Origin: an uncultured Candidatus Binatia bacterium
Lineage (GTDB): Bacteria > Desulfobacterota > Binatia > UBA9968 > CAXXLF01
Assembly (NCBI GenBank): GCA_965218425.1
Contig: OZ244621.1
Location: 3,584,001 to 3,648,000 of the forward strand
Direction: 5' to 3'
Length of the DNA stretch: 64,000 nt
The notes under the pieces were generated by a model that was not told where the DNA came from, did not search any database, and saw only the letters and a list, made by a program, of their open reading frames with translations. Positions 61,095 to 64,000 of this stretch are shown here, piece by piece. Both the position numbers and the translations under genes were made by a program. The number at the start of each line of letters is the position of its first letter. Within the stretch, counting starts at the first letter, position 1.

Positions 61095-62651
61095 ATGAAA
61101 CGTATTGTAAAACTAGCTTTGACTCCCGTTTTACTGGTTGGCTTGTTCTTGCCTGCCAAAGCTGCCTCAGATACCCCAAAGCGAGGCGGTACCCTGACCA
61201 TGGCCATCAGGAAGGACTTGAGGGTGCTAAATCCCCTCGTACGAACCAGCTCAACTGATCAATCCATCCGGGAATTGATGTTCGAATCGCTCCTCATCCT
61301 CGATGAAAAAGGGCGAATCAAGGGGAACCTGGCCGAGACTTGGAAGATTTCACCGGACGGGAAGACCTATACCTTCAAGGTGCGCGAAGGGGTCAAATTC
61401 CACAATGGCCAGGAGATGACGGCAGAGGACCTCAAGTTCGCCATCGACTACACCGTTAATCCAAAGAACAGCGCCTATGGTATCAGGCTATTGCGTTCCG
61501 TTGAGGAAGCTGAAACCTCAGGAAAATATACCCTGAAAATTCACCTCAAGAAGCCAAACCCGGCGTTTCTTTCCTTTCTAATCAACATAAAAGCCTTCTC
61601 CGCCATACCTAAAGAGTCCATACCCGAGGGAGTGAGAAAGATACGGAACTTTCCACCCGGCACAGGCCCCTTCAAGTTTGCGCAATGGCAGCCCAAACAA
61701 AGGATCGTTTTGGAGCGGTTTGACGATTACTGGGGTCATAAACCTTACGTGGACAAGGTGGTTCTTAGGCCCATCAAAAACGCTACAGTACGCTTTACTG
61801 CGTTACGGGCCGGTGACGTGGATATTGTTGAGCGCACATCCTACGAATGGGTGAACCAAGTTCAAAAGGGACGCTTCAAGGGGCTCGGGATAGCCAAGGC
61901 CAAATATGCGAACTTGAGAGGCATTACTTTCAATGTGGCCAATCCGCCTTTTAACAACAAGGTCCTCCGCCGTGCCGTAGCGCACGCCGTCAATAAAAAG
62001 GAAATCCTTAACGCCGCCTACTTTGGTTTTGGCGAACCGGACAATCAGAGGTATCCCAAAGGTCACGCCTGGCATTTTGAAGGCTTGCCCTGGCCTGATT
62101 ACGATCTCAATAAGGCCAAGGCGCTGCTCAAGGAGGCGGGGTATAAAGGTGAAGCCCTCGAATTGACCACTGCCCCAGGAGAGGTTCAGGAGACCATGGC
62201 GGCGGTATTGCAAGCTCAGCTCAAAAGGATCGGGGTTCCAGTGCGTTTGGCAATCATGGATATCTCGGCCTATAACGAGCGTGAAAGAAAAGGTCAATTT
62301 CATTTTCGTTTTCGTGGTGGAGACTTTTTTCCCGATCCATGGACCACCTACGCCCGCCATTACGTGTGTGAGGCTGATCTAAAAAGGCGCATTACCAACG
62401 TCTCCGGTTATTGTGATCCTCAAATGGAGCAATGGTTGAAGGCCGCGGAGTCGGAGCCAGACGTAGATAAGAGAAGAGAGCTGTTTCGGAAGATTATGAC
62501 CAAAGCGGCTGATGATGTGCCGCAGATTTACATCGGTTTTATTCCTCGCTTTTTTGTCTATCGTGAACACGTCAAGGGGTTTACCACCGGCCCTGACGGC
62601 CGTTTTGTGTGGTCCGGAGGTGGACTCACCCACACGTGGGTGGAGAAATAG
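61095..62651 (+). CDS. ABC peptide/nickel family-5 substrate-binding protein, copy 2
   Basis: Same motifs; signal peptide; tandem paralog. Confidence 0.92.
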   Translation: MKRIVKLALTPVLLVGLFLPAKAASDTPKRGGTLTMAIRKDLRVLNPLVRTSSTDQSIRELMFESLLILDEKGRIKGNLAETWKISPDGKTYTFKVREGVKFHNGQEMTAEDLKFAIDYTVNPKNSAYGIRLLRSVEEAETSGKYTLKIHLKKPNPAFLSFLINIKAFSAIPKESIPEGVRKIRNFPPGTGPFKFAQWQPKQRIVLERFDDYWGHKPYVDKVVLRPIKNATVRFTALRAGDVDIVERTSYEWVNQVQKGRFKGLGIAKAKYANLRGITFNVANPPFNNKVLRRAVAHAVNKKEILNAAYFGFGEPDNQRYPKGHAWHFEGLPWPDYDLNKAKALLKEAGYKGEALELTTAPGEVQETMAAVLQAQLKRIGVPVRLAIMDISAYNERERKGQFHFRFRGGDFFPDPWTTYARHYVCEADLKRRITNVSGYCDPQMEQWLKAAESEPDVDKRRELFRKIMTKAADDVPQIYIGFIPRFFVYREHVKGFTTGPDGRFVWSGGGLTHTWVEK

Positions 62652-62687
62652 CGGTTGAAATCATTGCCGGGAGAATAGTTTGCCATA

Positions 62688-63650
62688 ATGGGTCGCTACA
62701 TTATCCAACGCCTGCTACACCTGATTCCTGTCTTATTACTCGTCAGCCTTATCGTATTCTTGATCGTTCACATTATCCCCGGTGATCCGATCCTGGTCAT
62801 GTTGGGCGTGGACCCTGAGGTGGGCGCCACCTACACCGAGGAGCAGTATAAAGAACTGCAAAAGATGCTGGGCTTTGATCAACCCGTCTACATCCAATAC
62901 TTTCGTTGGCTGGGACGGGTGCTCGAGGGTGATCTTGGTCTCTCGCTGCAATCCCGGCGGCCGGTGTTGGAAATACTACTGGAACGATATCCGGCAACCA
63001 TCTATCTAGCCCTGATGGCGTTTATCACTGTCATTTTGATTGCGCTTCCTGCGGGGATTATTGCGGCTGTCCGTCAAAACACGATTGTTGACTACAGCGC
63101 CATGGGATACGCCATGTGGGGCGTGGCGATCCCTAATTTCTGGTTGGGGCTTATGCTGATCCTACTCTTCAGCCTGAAACTCGGCATACTGCCATCTATC
63201 GGTTACGCAAGTCCTCTGGAGAGCCCGTTTAAATTTCTGCAGCATGTCTTCCTCCCTGCCATCGTTCTGGGAACCTCCATGGCGGCTTCGGTCACCCGTT
63301 ACATGCGTGCCGAGATGTTGGAACAGTTGCATCAAGACTACGTGCGTACTGCTCGTGCGAAAGGGCTTCCCCCACGTCTGGTCATCGTGAAGCATGCAGC
63401 CAAGAACTCAATGATCTCAATAGTGACAGTTTTGGGCCTGGACATCGCACGTTTATTGGGCGGATCCACCATTGTAGAGACGGTTTTTACCTGGCCGGGC
63501 GTCGCCAGTCTCCTCTTGGAAGGAATTTATGCACGGGACTATCCCATCGTGCAGGGTGCAGTCCTTATTATAGCGCTCACTTATGTGGCCATTAATCTGA
63601 TCGTTGATATCTTATATAAGTGGTTGGATCCCCGGATCAAACTGGAGTAG
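62688..63650 (+). CDS. dppB: Dipeptide/oligopeptide ABC permease
   Basis: IPGDP, YVRTARAKG, ETVFTWPG, RDYPIVQG, LDPRI. Confidence 0.92.
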   Translation: MGRYIIQRLLHLIPVLLLVSLIVFLIVHIIPGDPILVMLGVDPEVGATYTEEQYKELQKMLGFDQPVYIQYFRWLGRVLEGDLGLSLQSRRPVLEILLERYPATIYLALMAFITVILIALPAGIIAAVRQNTIVDYSAMGYAMWGVAIPNFWLGLMLILLFSLKLGILPSIGYASPLESPFKFLQHVFLPAIVLGTSMAASVTRYMRAEMLEQLHQDYVRTARAKGLPPRLVIVKHAAKNSMISIVTVLGLDIARLLGGSTIVETVFTWPGVASLLLEGIYARDYPIVQGAVLIIALTYVAINLIVDILYKWLDPRIKLE

Positions 63651-63657
63651 CCAAAGT

Positions 63658-64000
63658 ATGGAAACGGCACCGATGACCCCTGATTCCCAGTTAAAGAGAG
63701 GTTACCATATCTACAGCGCGCGCCTATGGGATGCGTCCAGGGTAATTGCCCGAAATCGCCTTGCGCTCATCGGGCTGGTGATAATCTTAACCGGGATATT
63801 TGCGGCAATTTTTGCCCCTTATATAACCACCCATGACCCCTTCGAGATCAGCATCGCGGAACGTTTACAGGCGCCGAGTCGGAACCACTGGTTGGGAACT
63901 GACTTCATGGGGCGGGACACCTATACCCGTGTTGTTTATGGCGCCCGGACAGCCTTTCAAGTGGCCATTGGGGCAGTGGTTTTGGGTGCCTTCTTTGGTA
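63658..64000 (+). CDS. dppC: Dipeptide/oligopeptide ABC permease, runs off window
   Basis: Hand translation METAPMTP...APSRNHWLGTDFMGRDTYTRVVYGAR; not in supplied ORF track. Confidence 0.88.
   Translation, partial: METAPMTPDSQLKRGYHIYSARLWDASRVIARNRLALIGLVIILTGIFAAIFAPYITTHDPFEISIAERLQAPSRNHWLGTDFMGRDTYTRVVYGARTAFQVAIGAVVLGAFFG

Noticed and set aside
1..64000. CRISPR array, tRNA, rRNA, transposase, prophage or defence system
   Set aside because: No regularly spaced repeats, cloverleafs or matching protein motifs seen by eye; not excluded without tools

Overview
Bacterial window of intermediate GC content. The gene style resembles Deltaproteobacteria such as Ca. Binatia, which is inference only. 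Bases 1-32.5 kb are a paralog-rich accessory catabolic island. It holds a Rieske oxygenase, a hydantoinase A with two B subunits, signal-less PBP2-fold proteins, three Fe3+/thiamine-type ABC modules, two BNR beta-propellers, three class II aldolases and five heme-oxygenase-like diiron (PqqC/CADD/TenA-fold) proteins. It also holds an OsmC-family gene with an in-frame UGA at its catalytic Cys position followed by a SECIS-like hairpin, i.e. a probable selenoprotein. Bases 32.5-47.5 kb are core metabolism: a PyrR attenuator, pyrR, an unusual PyrB-PyrI(Zn)-PyrR fusion, carAB, recG, alaC-like aminotransferase, hom, apgM and glpX. Bases 47.5-64 kb hold a decayed spermidine-synthase-like gene, an amidohydrolase divergent from mhpD-mhpF-mhpE/dmpG, three MFS genes and a Dpp/Opp ABC operon. 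Several structured intergenic elements are present. No rRNA, tRNA, CRISPR array or transposase was recognised. All calls are from motif reading by eye.
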